From Bacteroidales bacterium (GTDB taxonomy: Bacteria; Bacteroidota; Bacteroidia; Bacteroidales; VadinHA17), in the NCBI GenBank assembly GCA_012519515.1, contig JAAYQC010000165.1, positions 1,753 to 65,752 of the forward strand: DNA of 64,000 nucleotides, written 5' to 3'. The translations under genes and the position numbers were made by a program. Each line of letters starts with the position of its first letter. Within the stretch, counting starts at the first letter, position 1. Shown piece by piece: positions 28,289 to 38,462 of the stretch. Under the pieces are notes generated by a model. The model ran no database searches and had not been told where the DNA came from. It saw nothing but the letters and a program-made list of their open reading frames with translations.

Positions 28289-28573
28289 CTTGCAAGTCGT
28301 GCAGTCTTGCAGTCTTGCGGTCTTGCGGTCTCTTCCAATGCGGCACATCGCCTATAATCTATCGCCTATAATCTATCGCCTATAATACATAATACATTGT
28401 CTTGCGGTCTTGCGGTCTTGCAAGTCTCTTGCAATGAGGCATTTAACTACACTGAACGCTGAACGCTGAACTCTAAACTCTGAACGCTAAACCCTAAACA
28501 CTAAACGCATTGATTGCTTCGAACCCCTAACTTTGAACTTTCTACTTTTCAATTTTTTACTTTCCACTTTGAG
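28289..28573. repeat. compound microsatellite made of five different short-period tandem arrays
   Basis: (GTCTTGCR)x3 at 28304-28327; (ATCGCCTATAATCT)x3 at 28347-28388; (GTCTTGCR)x3 at 28399-28422; (CTRAACN)x8 at 28452-28507; (nACTTTn)x5-6 at 28527-28573. Confidence 0.9.
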
Positions 28574-28583
28574 TCCCGTACCG

Positions 28584-31472
28584 TTATTTAGTATTTTTCA
28601 GAATCTTATTGAACAGATCCTGAGGCTTGAACGGTTTCAGAACGTAGTCGTTGATGCTAAGATCAGCGATCTTGTCGTGGTTTTCTGAGAGAATGGCTGC
28701 AGTCAGTGCAATCACGGGCATGTTTTTTATCCTTGGATTTTCCGAATTCCTGATCTGTCGTGTGGCTTCAATTCCGTCCATTACAGGCATGTGAAGATCC
28801 ATAAGAACCAGGTCGAAGTCAGCTTTTTCGAGCATCTCGAGTGCAAGCTGGCCGTTTTCGACATGTGTGACATTTACTCCCCAGCCTGTCAGGAACTTAT
28901 TGGCAACAAAAAAGTTGATCTTATTGTCTTCCGCCACAAGTATCCTTTTGCCTTCAAGTCCGATATATGTTTCAGATGTATCGCCGGCTTTGGGTTTGAT
29001 TTCCTGATCGGGTATCCCGAATGAAAGGACGAAGCGAAACGACGAACCTTTGCCGGGTTCGCTTTCTAAATCAATATTTCCTCCCTGAAGTTCAACCAGT
29101 TTTTTGCAAATCGCCAGACCAAGTCCTGTCCCTCCGAAATGCCTTGTGGTATCGGGTGAAGCCTGTGCAAAGCTTTCAAATATCATTTTGTGCTTGTCTT
29201 TCGGTATCCCCAGTCCGCTGTCTTTTACCGTGAACTCAATTCCGATTTTATTGTTATTTCTTTCCGTCTCTTTCAGTATTACATGTATATATCCCGATTT
29301 CGTGAATTTCAGGGCGTTTGAAAGAAGATTGGAAAGTATCTGGTTTAGCCTGATAGAATCACCTATGACCTCATCCGGGAGATTGTTATCCTTAATTATT
29401 TCGAATTCAAGATTCTTTGCCTGCGCACGGTAGGAATATGTCCTGAGGATGTCATTCATGAAATCGTTCATGCTGAAGGCATTCTGTTCAAAAACGATTT
29501 TCCCCGATTCCATTTTATTATAGTCGAGCACATCGTTGACCAGAGTAAGAAGATGATTGCCCGAAAACCTGAGCGTCTTTATAAAATCCATCTGATCTTC
29601 CCTCGGGTTTCCCTGCAAAAGGAGGTTGGTTATGCCTATTACTTCGTTGAGGGGAGTTCTGATCTCATGACTCATGGTCGACATGAACTGTTGTTTCGAC
29701 TGGGCAGCTTCCTCGGCCTTTTGGCTTGCCTGGATCATGTTGTCTATCATCGTACGGCGCTGGATTGCTATTGCAATCTGGTTTGCAATGAATTCCAGCA
29801 CGGTGACATCGTCTGTGGTAAACTTGTTCTCATCGTGATAGTCCTGAAGTGCCATTAAGCCGATTATCTCCTTTTCCGCTTTCAGCGGCACTCCCATCCA
29901 TACTTTGCATGGAGTGCCCACCAGATCTATATCTCCGGAGTCTTCCAGATTCTTCAGGTCATTTATCTTGAGCAGTACCGATTTCCGGAGTCCTATAACC
30001 CATTTTGTAATTGTTTTCCGGGCAGAAACATGCTCGAACTTGTCTTTTTCATCTGAGAACAACGGCATCGACAGGGTGTCGGTTTTTGCATCATAAAGTG
30101 CTATGAAGAAATTATTCGTGTCCCAGATCTTGTTCAGTTCCCTGACTATCGTCGGGTATATGTCCTTGATCTCTGTCTGGTTGAGAGCCGCGGCGGAAAT
30201 ATTGTAAACTATTTCCTGGATAATCTGTGTCTTACGCTCCTGTGTTATGTTCCTGTAGATACCCATATAAGCTGCCGTCTCGTCATTGGTTGTCAGATTA
30301 ACGACAGTCAGAGATACATTGATCAGATTTCCTTCCTTGTCGCGCCTTACAGTATTCTTTACTATTCTGCCCTTTTCACGCACCAGTTCCAGATCGTATG
30401 ATTCGTTCCTGAGATAATCGGGAGTGATAAGTTCATCAACGGTTTTGCCTATGATTTCTTCCCTCGCATATCCGAACATGGAAGTGAATTCCTTGTTCAT
30501 GTTGCTGATTATCCCATCCCGGTCGATAAGCACTATCGCTTCGGGAATGGAATCGACAAGGTGCTTGAGGATGTTTTTTTCCCTGTTTATCTTGGCTTCG
30601 TGATTTTTTTGTTTGCTTATGTCGAAAATGATTCCCCTGTAACCTGTCTTCTTTTTGTCATGGAAAAGAGCAAACGAATGTGCCATAATTGGAACCAGCG
30701 ATCCATCCTTCATCGTGATATTATATTCATTATAGATATGGTCGGGAGCATTTAAGTTATTGAGATTCTCCATTATTCTGGGAAAATTGTTAGGGAATAC
30801 CTTCGAGAGGTGGATACCGGCAGCTATATCTTCCCTTGAAAAACCGAAGAACTTAAGTGCCTGGTCGTTGGCATAGATGACTTTGCCTGATACGTCGAGT
30901 TCATATATCATCTCCGGAAACATCTCGGCAAAGTACTCAAATAACATATTTTGCCCCGCCAGATCTTCGTTCTTCTGATTACCGTCCGGTTCCCACGTCA
31001 CGAGAATATTTCCGTATGCCAGATTGAACCCAATGTAATGCCCGAGTGAATCGCTGTTGTCCTCCGAAACGGCAAGCTTTCTGGCTACCCCGCTTCCTCC
31101 GGTGTCATGGATAAGACTGACCAGTCTTTCCCTGTGAGGAAAGAATACTTCATCAAGATACTTGTTGCTGGCATCAGCAATGCTGACCGATTCAACTGAA
31201 GCTGCCTTCTCATTGAGGTCAAGGATAAGAATCCTGTTGTCAGTGGTTATTTTGAAAAGTGCGAAGTAGGAACTGCTGTTTTCAATGATTTCCCTTAGAA
31301 TATTTGCAGGAGTGGAAAAACCTGTCCCCGGATCCTTGATATCGGAGTTCCTTTCGTAAATCGATCTAAGGTGCTTTAGCTCCTCTTCAAGCATTTTATT
31401 AGCCTTCAGAAGTTCATCATAGCTGATTCTGGTATCAGACATACTCGGGTCGTAATGCGGCGGGTATGACAT
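28584..31472 (-). CDS. hybrid sensor histidine kinase/response regulator with PAS and GAF domains
   Basis: 962 aa. HisKA box FMSTMSHEIRTPLN, HATPase_c motifs (DSGLGIP, GGTGLGLAICK), C-terminal receiver (DLVLMDLHMPVMDG), and PAS-like repeats plus a GAF-like segment upstream. Confidence 0.9.
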   Translation of the reverse strand: MSYPPHYDPSMSDTRISYDELLKANKMLEEELKHLRSIYERNSDIKDPGTGFSTPANILREIIENSSSYFALFKITTDNRILILDLNEKAASVESVSIADASNKYLDEVFFPHRERLVSLIHDTGGSGVARKLAVSEDNSDSLGHYIGFNLAYGNILVTWEPDGNQKNEDLAGQNMLFEYFAEMFPEMIYELDVSGKVIYANDQALKFFGFSREDIAAGIHLSKVFPNNFPRIMENLNNLNAPDHIYNEYNITMKDGSLVPIMAHSFALFHDKKKTGYRGIIFDISKQKNHEAKINREKNILKHLVDSIPEAIVLIDRDGIISNMNKEFTSMFGYAREEIIGKTVDELITPDYLRNESYDLELVREKGRIVKNTVRRDKEGNLINVSLTVVNLTTNDETAAYMGIYRNITQERKTQIIQEIVYNISAAALNQTEIKDIYPTIVRELNKIWDTNNFFIALYDAKTDTLSMPLFSDEKDKFEHVSARKTITKWVIGLRKSVLLKINDLKNLEDSGDIDLVGTPCKVWMGVPLKAEKEIIGLMALQDYHDENKFTTDDVTVLEFIANQIAIAIQRRTMIDNMIQASQKAEEAAQSKQQFMSTMSHEIRTPLNEVIGITNLLLQGNPREDQMDFIKTLRFSGNHLLTLVNDVLDYNKMESGKIVFEQNAFSMNDFMNDILRTYSYRAQAKNLEFEIIKDNNLPDEVIGDSIRLNQILSNLLSNALKFTKSGYIHVILKETERNNNKIGIEFTVKDSGLGIPKDKHKMIFESFAQASPDTTRHFGGTGLGLAICKKLVELQGGNIDLESEPGKGSSFRFVLSFGIPDQEIKPKAGDTSETYIGLEGKRILVAEDNKINFFVANKFLTGWGVNVTHVENGQLALEMLEKADFDLVLMDLHMPVMDGIEATRQIRNSENPRIKNMPVIALTAAILSENHDKIADLSINDYVLKPFKPQDLFNKILKNTK

Positions 31473-31523
31473 ATTTCTTTAGTTTTAGTATTAGAACGGT
31501 GTTTTTGCCCTTAAGTGTATGTT

Positions 31524-32177
31524 TCAGGAAGCTTTATGCTTGTTTTTGCGGGCATAGTATCTGCAAAACTCTTTTAGTCCGCACTCGCCGCAAAGGGGAG
31601 TTCTTGCCTTGCAGACGTACCTTCCGTGGAGAATAAGCCAGTGGTGAGCTTTATGCATCAGTTCGTCCGGAATATTACTGGATAGCTGTAATTCCGCGCT
31701 TAAGGGGGTTTTTGCATTTTTTGTCAGACCTATTCTTGCAGCTACCCTGAAAACATGTGTATCGACAGCCATGACCGGCTTATTGTATATTACCGAAGCC
31801 ACTACATTTGCAGTTTTCCTTCCTACCCCCGGAAGCCTTTGCAATTCAGCGGGATCGGAGGGAACTATGCCTCCGAATTCACTTACAAGCATCCTGGCCA
31901 TTGCCACCAGGTGCCTGGCCTTGTTGTTTGGATAGGAACATGACCTGATGAATTCAAAGACCTCCTCGTGCTCAGCCTTTGCCATCGATTCCGCATCGGG
32001 AAACTCTTTTAGAAGGGCCGGTGTTATCATATTGACGCGTTTGTCGGTACATTGGGCTGACAATATCACCGCAACTATAAGCCCGAAGGGATTAGTGTAC
32101 CTCAGTTCAGTTTCGGCATCGGGCATATTTGCAGTGAAATACTCTATGGTCCGGCGGTATCTTTCCCTGGTAGTCAT
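31524..32177 (-). CDS. nth: endonuclease III
   Basis: HhH-GPD motif LPGVGRKTANVV and the Fe-S cluster loop CKARTPLCGECGLKEFC. Confidence 0.93.
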   Translation of the reverse strand: MTTRERYRRTIEYFTANMPDAETELRYTNPFGLIVAVILSAQCTDKRVNMITPALLKEFPDAESMAKAEHEEVFEFIRSCSYPNNKARHLVAMARMLVSEFGGIVPSDPAELQRLPGVGRKTANVVASVIYNKPVMAVDTHVFRVAARIGLTKNAKTPLSAELQLSSNIPDELMHKAHHWLILHGRYVCKARTPLCGECGLKEFCRYYARKNKHKAS

Positions 32178-32326
32178 GTTAAGGATTAAAAATCGTCATA
32201 AAGTTAGTGCTTTTTGCCAATGACGGGATTGCTGACGAATCAGGTCTTTGGGGTGATTTGTTATTTAAAGGGTTTATATGTGATTCCGTATGTTTTGTTA
32301 ACTTTATCGGGCAAAACAGAAGCTAA

Positions 32327-33373
32327 TTGGAAAAAATAATCATTAATACTGCTGACTCTTTTTCTGAAATCCATGTTGGCACCGCCTGGGAGACGGTCCA
32401 TGAAATGCTTCCCCATTCGGGTGTGGCAATTCTGACCGATACCAATGTTATGGAATTATATGGAGCCCGCTTTCCTGATTTCCCGGTGTTACGGATCACT
32501 CCGGGGGAGGAAAGCAAGAAGCTTGAAGTCGTTGAAATGCTGGCAGCAAAGCTTATGAAGGCAGGGATCGACCGTGACGGGTTCATTCTTGGAATCGGGG
32601 GAGGAGTTGTTTGCGATCTTGCAGGCTTTCTGGCTTCAATATATATGAGGGGAATCAGATGTGCCTATGTTTCAACATCCCTGCTGTCGCAGGTGGATGC
32701 CAGCACAGGAGGAAAGAACGGGGTTAATCTGGAAGACGCCAAGAATGCTCTCGGTAGTTTCAAACAGCCTGAGTTTGTGATCTGTGACCCCCTGATGCTT
32801 ACGACACTGCCTGAAGAAGAGTATTTTTCGGGACTCGCTGAACTTATAAAGACCGGGATCATTGGCGACCCTGAACTCTTTGAGATAATCGGGAGCAACC
32901 AGGAAGGCATTGCAAACCGCGATCCTGAGCTTCTGTCAATGTGTATTTCAAAAGCAGTGAACTTTAAGGCAGCCGTCGTTACAGCCGACGAAAAGGAAAC
33001 AGGACTGAGACGCCTGCTGAATTTCGGACATACCTACGGCCATGCCATCGAAATGTACCATTCATACCGCCACGGATATGCCGTTTCGTGCGGAATGGAA
33101 ATGGCATCAGCGTTTTCAATGGAGAGGGGACTGATATCAAGGGATGATCACAAAAGAATAACTGATGTGCTGAAATCCCACGGACTTCTCCCCGGTCATG
33201 ATATACCGGATAACCAGGTTGCTCAATTGCTTATGAAGGACAAGAAAAAATCAGGGAAAGACATATTCTTCGTTTTTCTGAAAGGCATAGGCAATGCTGT
33301 TGCTGAAAAGATAGCGGTAAAAGAAGCAGCAGATTTTTACATTCATAATAAACCCGGAACAAAACAGATATGA
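32327..33373 (+). CDS. aroB: 3-dehydroquinate synthase
   Basis: GGGVVCDLAGFLASIYMRGI, NFGHTYGHAIE. The TTG start is as listed. Confidence 0.9.
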   Translation: MEKIIINTADSFSEIHVGTAWETVHEMLPHSGVAILTDTNVMELYGARFPDFPVLRITPGEESKKLEVVEMLAAKLMKAGIDRDGFILGIGGGVVCDLAGFLASIYMRGIRCAYVSTSLLSQVDASTGGKNGVNLEDAKNALGSFKQPEFVICDPLMLTTLPEEEYFSGLAELIKTGIIGDPELFEIIGSNQEGIANRDPELLSMCISKAVNFKAAVVTADEKETGLRRLLNFGHTYGHAIEMYHSYRHGYAVSCGMEMASAFSMERGLISRDDHKRITDVLKSHGLLPGHDIPDNQVAQLLMKDKKKSGKDIFFVFLKGIGNAVAEKIAVKEAADFYIHNKPGTKQI

Positions 33374-33374
33374 A

Positions 33375-34367
33375 ATGAATTCCTTTGGTAAAGTTTTCAG
33401 AGTTTCGGTTTTTGGCGAATCTCACGGCAGCGCGATAGGTGTGCTTATCGATGGATGCCCTCCGGGGATAAAGCTGAGCCCCGATGATTTCATGCAGGAT
33501 CTTTCACGAAGGCGAAGCGGAGCAAAGGGTACGACTCCCCGAAGTGAGACTGACACTCCCGATATATTAAGCGGAGTATTTAACGGGATAACCACAGGAG
33601 CCCCGCTGATGCTGATGACAAGAAACAGCGACAGGAGACCGGGCGATTACGATGAGTTCAGGAATATCCCCCGGCCCGGCCATGCCGACTATACGGCAGC
33701 TGTAAAATACTCGGGATTCGCCGATATGAGAGGCAGCGGACATTTCTCGGGAAGGATAACCTGGGGGCTGGTTGCTGCAGGAGTGATTGCAAAGATCATT
33801 CTTCAACCATCGCTGGTGAAGGCAAAACTCATTTCGGCAGGAGGTATCGACGACATTGAAAAAGCAGTCAGTAATGCTCTATCGGAAGGCGACTCCATCG
33901 GAGGAATTATTGAATGCAGGATCTCCGATCCTCACAAGGCTTTAGGGGAACCGTTTTTCTATCCGGTCGAATCAGCAATAAGCCATGCAGTATTTGCAAT
34001 TCCGGCTGTTAAGGGGATAGAATTCGGATCAGGATTCAGGGCTGCTTCAATGAAGGGCTCGGAACATAATGACTCCTTCGTGGATGAAACAGGCAAAACC
34101 CTGACCAATAACGCCGGAGGCATTAACGGGGGCATCACGAACGGGAATGAAATTGTTTTCAGGGTTGCCGTGAAACCTACTTCTTCAATAGCCGTGAAAC
34201 AGCAAACTTTCGATTTCGGAAGAAAAGAAATGACATGGCTTAATGTAAAGGGACGACACGATACATGTATAGCTCTCAGGGCACCTGTTATTGTTGAGGC
34301 TGCCGCTGCCATTGCACTGGCTGATCTTCTTATGATAGACAGGGCTATCCATGGTTCACGCGGCTGA
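33375..34367 (+). CDS. aroC: chorismate synthase
   Basis: FRVSVFGESHG, RRSGAKGTTPR, RPGHADY, GRHDTC. Confidence 0.93.
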   Translation: MNSFGKVFRVSVFGESHGSAIGVLIDGCPPGIKLSPDDFMQDLSRRRSGAKGTTPRSETDTPDILSGVFNGITTGAPLMLMTRNSDRRPGDYDEFRNIPRPGHADYTAAVKYSGFADMRGSGHFSGRITWGLVAAGVIAKIILQPSLVKAKLISAGGIDDIEKAVSNALSEGDSIGGIIECRISDPHKALGEPFFYPVESAISHAVFAIPAVKGIEFGSGFRAASMKGSEHNDSFVDETGKTLTNNAGGINGGITNGNEIVFRVAVKPTSSIAVKQQTFDFGRKEMTWLNVKGRHDTCIALRAPVIVEAAAAIALADLLMIDRAIHGSRG

Positions 34368-34392
34368 TGAACCCGCTTAAGGGACAGCAGAC

Positions 34393-35745
34393 TTATGATT
34401 TTTCATTTTCACTGTCACTCAGCTCAATAAGCAACACTGTCGTGGTCGATTCTGTTATCTTGAACCTGTCGTCGAGTCGGTCGCCCATTACCCAAACAAT
34501 TTTACCCGCCGACTCAAGTATCATCGTCTCTTCCTTCTGCAGACGGGAATATTTTCTGTCGACAAAAAAATCGCTGAGTTTCTTCCTGCCGGCCATGCCC
34601 AGCGGATAAAACCAATCACCTTCCCTCCATCTTCTCACAATAAGAGGCAGGCTTATCAGATCCCTGTCGATGCAGGCTATCCGGGGATCGCGGGCTATAC
34701 TGAAGTTTTCATCCACTGTGTGAACCGATACTGACCTGATCAGGGGCAGGTTCAACAGATCCCCGGGCGACTCAATGACTATGTGATCCCGGTGCTTGTT
34801 GCCCAGGGGACTGACAATAATCTCATCCCTGTTTCGCAGTATCCCGTGGGAAGATGTGAACAACTGCTTTCCCGTGCCGCCGGTCCTGATCAGTTTCTGA
34901 AGGTCGCCTGCAAGCTGTTCGGTAATTCCGAAAGGGTGGAAGAGTTCGAAAAGCATTGGCCGGCTGCCACTGTATTCCGCCAGTTTTTCACAATCAAAGA
35001 TACGCGACCCGCCTCTTTCCGATGATAGCTTCGACCGGATGTTATGGATATGAGAGGATAGTATATTATCAAGGCCGGCAAGCCGTACAGCGGTTTCGTT
35101 GAGTGTTTCTTCGACCGAAGGATTGATTTCCTTTAACACCGGGATAACAAGATGCCTTATCTTGTTCCTGGCGTATATGGTTTCGGCATTTGATCTGTCT
35201 TCCCTGTAAGGCACCCCGCATTCAATGCAATATTCTTCAATGGCGGCGCGTGTTGCAAACAAAAGGGGCCTGATGACGGCTCCGGACAATGGCTTCATCC
35301 CGGTAAGTCCGCTAAGGCCTGTTCCCCTGGTCAGGTTGATAAGCAGGGTTTCTATATTATCGTTCAGGTTATGTGCTACAGCAATAAGACTGCATTCTTT
35401 CTCGGCTCTTATCTTTTCAAACCAGTCATACCTCAGTTCCCTGGCGGCCATCTGTATGGAAATACCTTTCTCAGAGGCATATCCCGATGTGTCGAATGAA
35501 GCAGAAATAATAGGGATCTTATTGACGGTAGCATAGTTTTTTACCAGTTCCTCATCCAGATCCGACTCCTTTCCCCTGAGTTTGAAGTTGCAGTGGGCAA
35601 CCACTATGTCTGACCCCATCCTTGTGAAAAGATGAAGCATAACCATTGAATCGATCCCTCCGCTGACGGCAAGCAGTATCCTGTCATTTTCAGCAAACAG
35701 CTTGTTTTCCCTGGAAAAGGTCCTGAATTCTTCAAAGAGTGACAT
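34393..35745 (-). CDS. tilS: tRNA(Ile)-lysidine synthetase
   Basis: PP-loop LLAVSGGIDSMVMLHL, AHNLNDNIETLLINLTRG. Confidence 0.92.
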   Translation of the reverse strand: MSLFEEFRTFSRENKLFAENDRILLAVSGGIDSMVMLHLFTRMGSDIVVAHCNFKLRGKESDLDEELVKNYATVNKIPIISASFDTSGYASEKGISIQMAARELRYDWFEKIRAEKECSLIAVAHNLNDNIETLLINLTRGTGLSGLTGMKPLSGAVIRPLLFATRAAIEEYCIECGVPYREDRSNAETIYARNKIRHLVIPVLKEINPSVEETLNETAVRLAGLDNILSSHIHNIRSKLSSERGGSRIFDCEKLAEYSGSRPMLFELFHPFGITEQLAGDLQKLIRTGGTGKQLFTSSHGILRNRDEIIVSPLGNKHRDHIVIESPGDLLNLPLIRSVSVHTVDENFSIARDPRIACIDRDLISLPLIVRRWREGDWFYPLGMAGRKKLSDFFVDRKYSRLQKEETMILESAGKIVWVMGDRLDDRFKITESTTTVLLIELSDSENEKS

Positions 35746-35747
35746 GA

Positions 35748-37697
35748 CTATCTGAATCGTATTATGGATGGTTGACTGGGTTCAAAATTATAAGGTTTAA
35801 GCATCTGTTCGCCGGACACCATTAAAGTTGTTGTTTTTGAATAGTCGGGTACCTTAGGGTAAAAACCCAGCCTTACCTGGAATGTGTTCAGTATGAGATT
35901 GTCATTTCTTACCCTGATGCCCAGTCCGACGGCTGACGCAAAATCGCCCTTCGACAAAATCTGATTTGTGCCGAAAAGAAAACCGGCATCCGCGAATCCA
36001 AACACCGCGAACCTGAAACCGTAGAAATCCACAGGACTGAAAAGAACGGTCTCGAGATTAATGGTGAGCCTTTGGGCATTGCTTATTGAATCGTTACTGA
36101 ATCCCGAGAACCCGTCATCCCTGATGAGTGTAAGGAATTCATCCCTGTACCGGTCAAAACCTCTTGTGTATTCAACGTTAACAAAGTTTCTGCTACGGTA
36201 CCTTCCAATATGGGCAAGTGTTGAGATATAACTGGTCCTCAGCGAAAGAATACCCTGTTCTGTCCTTTTCTGGTTTATGAAGGTGCCGAATGAAACTGAT
36301 GAATGGAGATAGCCGATTTTCCCGAATGATTCTCCCAGAGAAAGGGATGCCCCGGTATAATACCTGTTCTTGAACTCACTGAATTCCTGTCCGGCAGTTA
36401 TATTGAACAAAAACCCGTGGGGAATGTCCTCTGTACGGCCATAACCGTATATCAGGCTTGTTTTGTAGAATCTCTGAACGGAATAGGATAACGAACCGAG
36501 AAAGAGACGGTATTGCTGAAGATGATAGTAGGAATCGGGTTCGATATATGGATGCAGGAAGACATTGTTATTGATATACCGTGCTCCGATAATCAGACGG
36601 GTGACAGACTTGCTGTTAAGCAGAAAGGATCGTAAAAGCCAGTAATCCTGAAGATTATATTTTACCGGGTGGGGTTCGGGAAGTGAATCGAGATCTTCGG
36701 AAGTGATTGTCCTGCGGAGTGTAATGTTCCCTGCATATTTTGTGGAAGAGCTTATAAGTCCCCTTCCGATATCTATTCCATAACTTCTCCTGCCCAGACC
36801 GTCCTGAAAGTAAAGCCCGAGGTTGGTAAATGTTTTGCCAATGTTGTTTATCCGGTAGTTCACCCCGAATCCGGGTGAATCGGTTGAATCAACATCCCAT
36901 GGGACATTGACACCGAATTCATGACCCATACCGAAGATATTCCTTTCAAAAACCGACACCATACCTTTTCCGACACCTGCAAGACTCGCCCTGGCCCCAA
37001 GCGAATAAATGTCCTTTGTGACAACAATGACGTCAGCCAGCGAATCAGATACGGGAAGCACAAGAATCCTTGCATCGTCAATAAAGTTAAGCTCCCTGAG
37101 GTACCTTTCGTTGTCGCTCAGTGTAAGGGAGGAGATGGTGTCGCCTGAGCGGAAAAGGAGGTTTTTTCTTATTATTATCTCGTTTGTATTGAAACGCGTT
37201 TTGTTCAGAAGTGTTTCCAGACGGTTGGGATCGAATAAGTCGGGAGTGTTTATGTTGGTGCCGAATACATTCAGCCTTTTTATTTCTATGTTCCTGATTT
37301 TAAGGCCTTCAGAACCCATGTACCTTTCTTCGCCTGAAGCATTCATCTCCTTTGCGGTCTGAGGATCGCGGTCAATGATAATAAAATCGTATAGTTTCTT
37401 GGTTATCAGAGTTCTGGAAGCCCTGTTCTTCAGGGAATCCAGGAAGATCATCGTCCTTTGACTGTCGTTTCCCGATGGCGGAATAAGACCTGATGGATAG
37501 GAACTCCAGGTATGGGGAAGGGAAATCCTTATTTTCCTGATATTGGGTGCAGGAAGATAATTACCTGCCCTGATTGTGGAATCAGTGTCTGACTGTTGCT
37601 GTGAAAAGGAAGGCAGGAAAACAAAAACAAGTATCTGGAAGCAAATGAATCTCCGGATCAGTTTTAATCTTTTAATATCTTCATTTTCAGGTTTCAT
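35748..37697 (-). CDS. large conserved hypothetical protein, signal/anchor plus beta-rich body (possible outer-membrane protein)
   Basis: Roughly 650-aa ORF with a hydrophobic N-terminal segment (FICFQILVFVFLPSFSQQ) and alternating aromatic/polar beta-strand-like patterns throughout. The family is not confidently recognised. Confidence 0.5.
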   Translation of the reverse strand: MKPENEDIKRLKLIRRFICFQILVFVFLPSFSQQQSDTDSTIRAGNYLPAPNIRKIRISLPHTWSSYPSGLIPPSGNDSQRTMIFLDSLKNRASRTLITKKLYDFIIIDRDPQTAKEMNASGEERYMGSEGLKIRNIEIKRLNVFGTNINTPDLFDPNRLETLLNKTRFNTNEIIIRKNLLFRSGDTISSLTLSDNERYLRELNFIDDARILVLPVSDSLADVIVVTKDIYSLGARASLAGVGKGMVSVFERNIFGMGHEFGVNVPWDVDSTDSPGFGVNYRINNIGKTFTNLGLYFQDGLGRRSYGIDIGRGLISSSTKYAGNITLRRTITSEDLDSLPEPHPVKYNLQDYWLLRSFLLNSKSVTRLIIGARYINNNVFLHPYIEPDSYYHLQQYRLFLGSLSYSVQRFYKTSLIYGYGRTEDIPHGFLFNITAGQEFSEFKNRYYTGASLSLGESFGKIGYLHSSVSFGTFINQKRTEQGILSLRTSYISTLAHIGRYRSRNFVNVEYTRGFDRYRDEFLTLIRDDGFSGFSNDSISNAQRLTINLETVLFSPVDFYGFRFAVFGFADAGFLFGTNQILSKGDFASAVGLGIRVRNDNLILNTFQVRLGFYPKVPDYSKTTTLMVSGEQMLKPYNFEPSQPSIIRFR

Positions 37698-38397
37698 TCT
37701 GGCTTTTGAGCAGAACATCATCAGAATTGAACTGGAATCCTAGACGTTTACCCGTTATTATCCTGGAATGTTGGATCTTTGCCTCAGCCTGGCCGACCGT
37801 GGCAATCTTTACCGTGTCGTAGGGAGGTACCAGAAGATCGAATTCAAGGGAGTATTGAATAGCTGTCGATATAATGTTCTTAAGCGACGAACGTGTTAAG
37901 GCTTCATTGCCGTAGTTTGAGAAAAGCATTCCCATCTGTCTTTTTCCTTCAACAAGATACTGGTTTTCATGGTTGATGAAAATCCTGGCAATCAGGTAGC
38001 CCAGGTCGTCAAGTCTGGAGTATTTGAATGAGTCGTGAAGGAAGTTGTAAATATTGATCATCCCCGAATAGGCGTTGTTCCTGTTCTTCTGAATATAAGG
38101 CGTCTTCCACGCGGGATGATCCCTGTCGAACTGGAATATGTTGGAATGCATGCTGAAAAGAAGGATGTCACCGGCTACTTTAAGCTGTGCATCGAAGTTG
38201 CTCCTGTCTGTATATTCCATCTTAATCCTTCCGTCAACGTTTCCAAGCTTGCTGTTTACATCTTTGGAAAGTTCCTTAAGTATATCCTTTAGCACGTTGA
38301 ACCATTCCAGTGTATTGTCGAATACCTTTTGCTTCAGCAGTGACTTCTCTTTCAGGGTATTGATAATCTGTGTTTTCTTGTCTTCCGGTTCGGACAT
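37687..38397 (-). CDS. hypothetical cytoplasmic protein
   Basis: 236-aa ORF whose 3' end overlaps the start of the next gene (operon-like). No family recognised. Confidence 0.6.
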   Translation of the reverse strand: MSEPEDKKTQIINTLKEKSLLKQKVFDNTLEWFNVLKDILKELSKDVNSKLGNVDGRIKMEYTDRSNFDAQLKVAGDILLFSMHSNIFQFDRDHPAWKTPYIQKNRNNAYSGMINIYNFLHDSFKYSRLDDLGYLIARIFINHENQYLVEGKRQMGMLFSNYGNEALTRSSLKNIISTAIQYSLEFDLLVPPYDTVKIATVGQAEAKIQHSRIITGKRLGFQFNSDDVLLKSQNET

Positions 38398-38462
38398 TGT
38401 CTGGCGTTTTTAATGGTATTGAAACTCTAAATTAAGAAAAATTACGCGAATTGCAGCCTGCT

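Noticed and set aside
28289-28573. Microsatellite region considered as a coding low-complexity gene or a CRISPR
   Set aside because: No ORF of 60 or more codons spans it on either strand. The repeat periods of 7, 8 and 14 nt are far too short for CRISPR, and there are no spacers.
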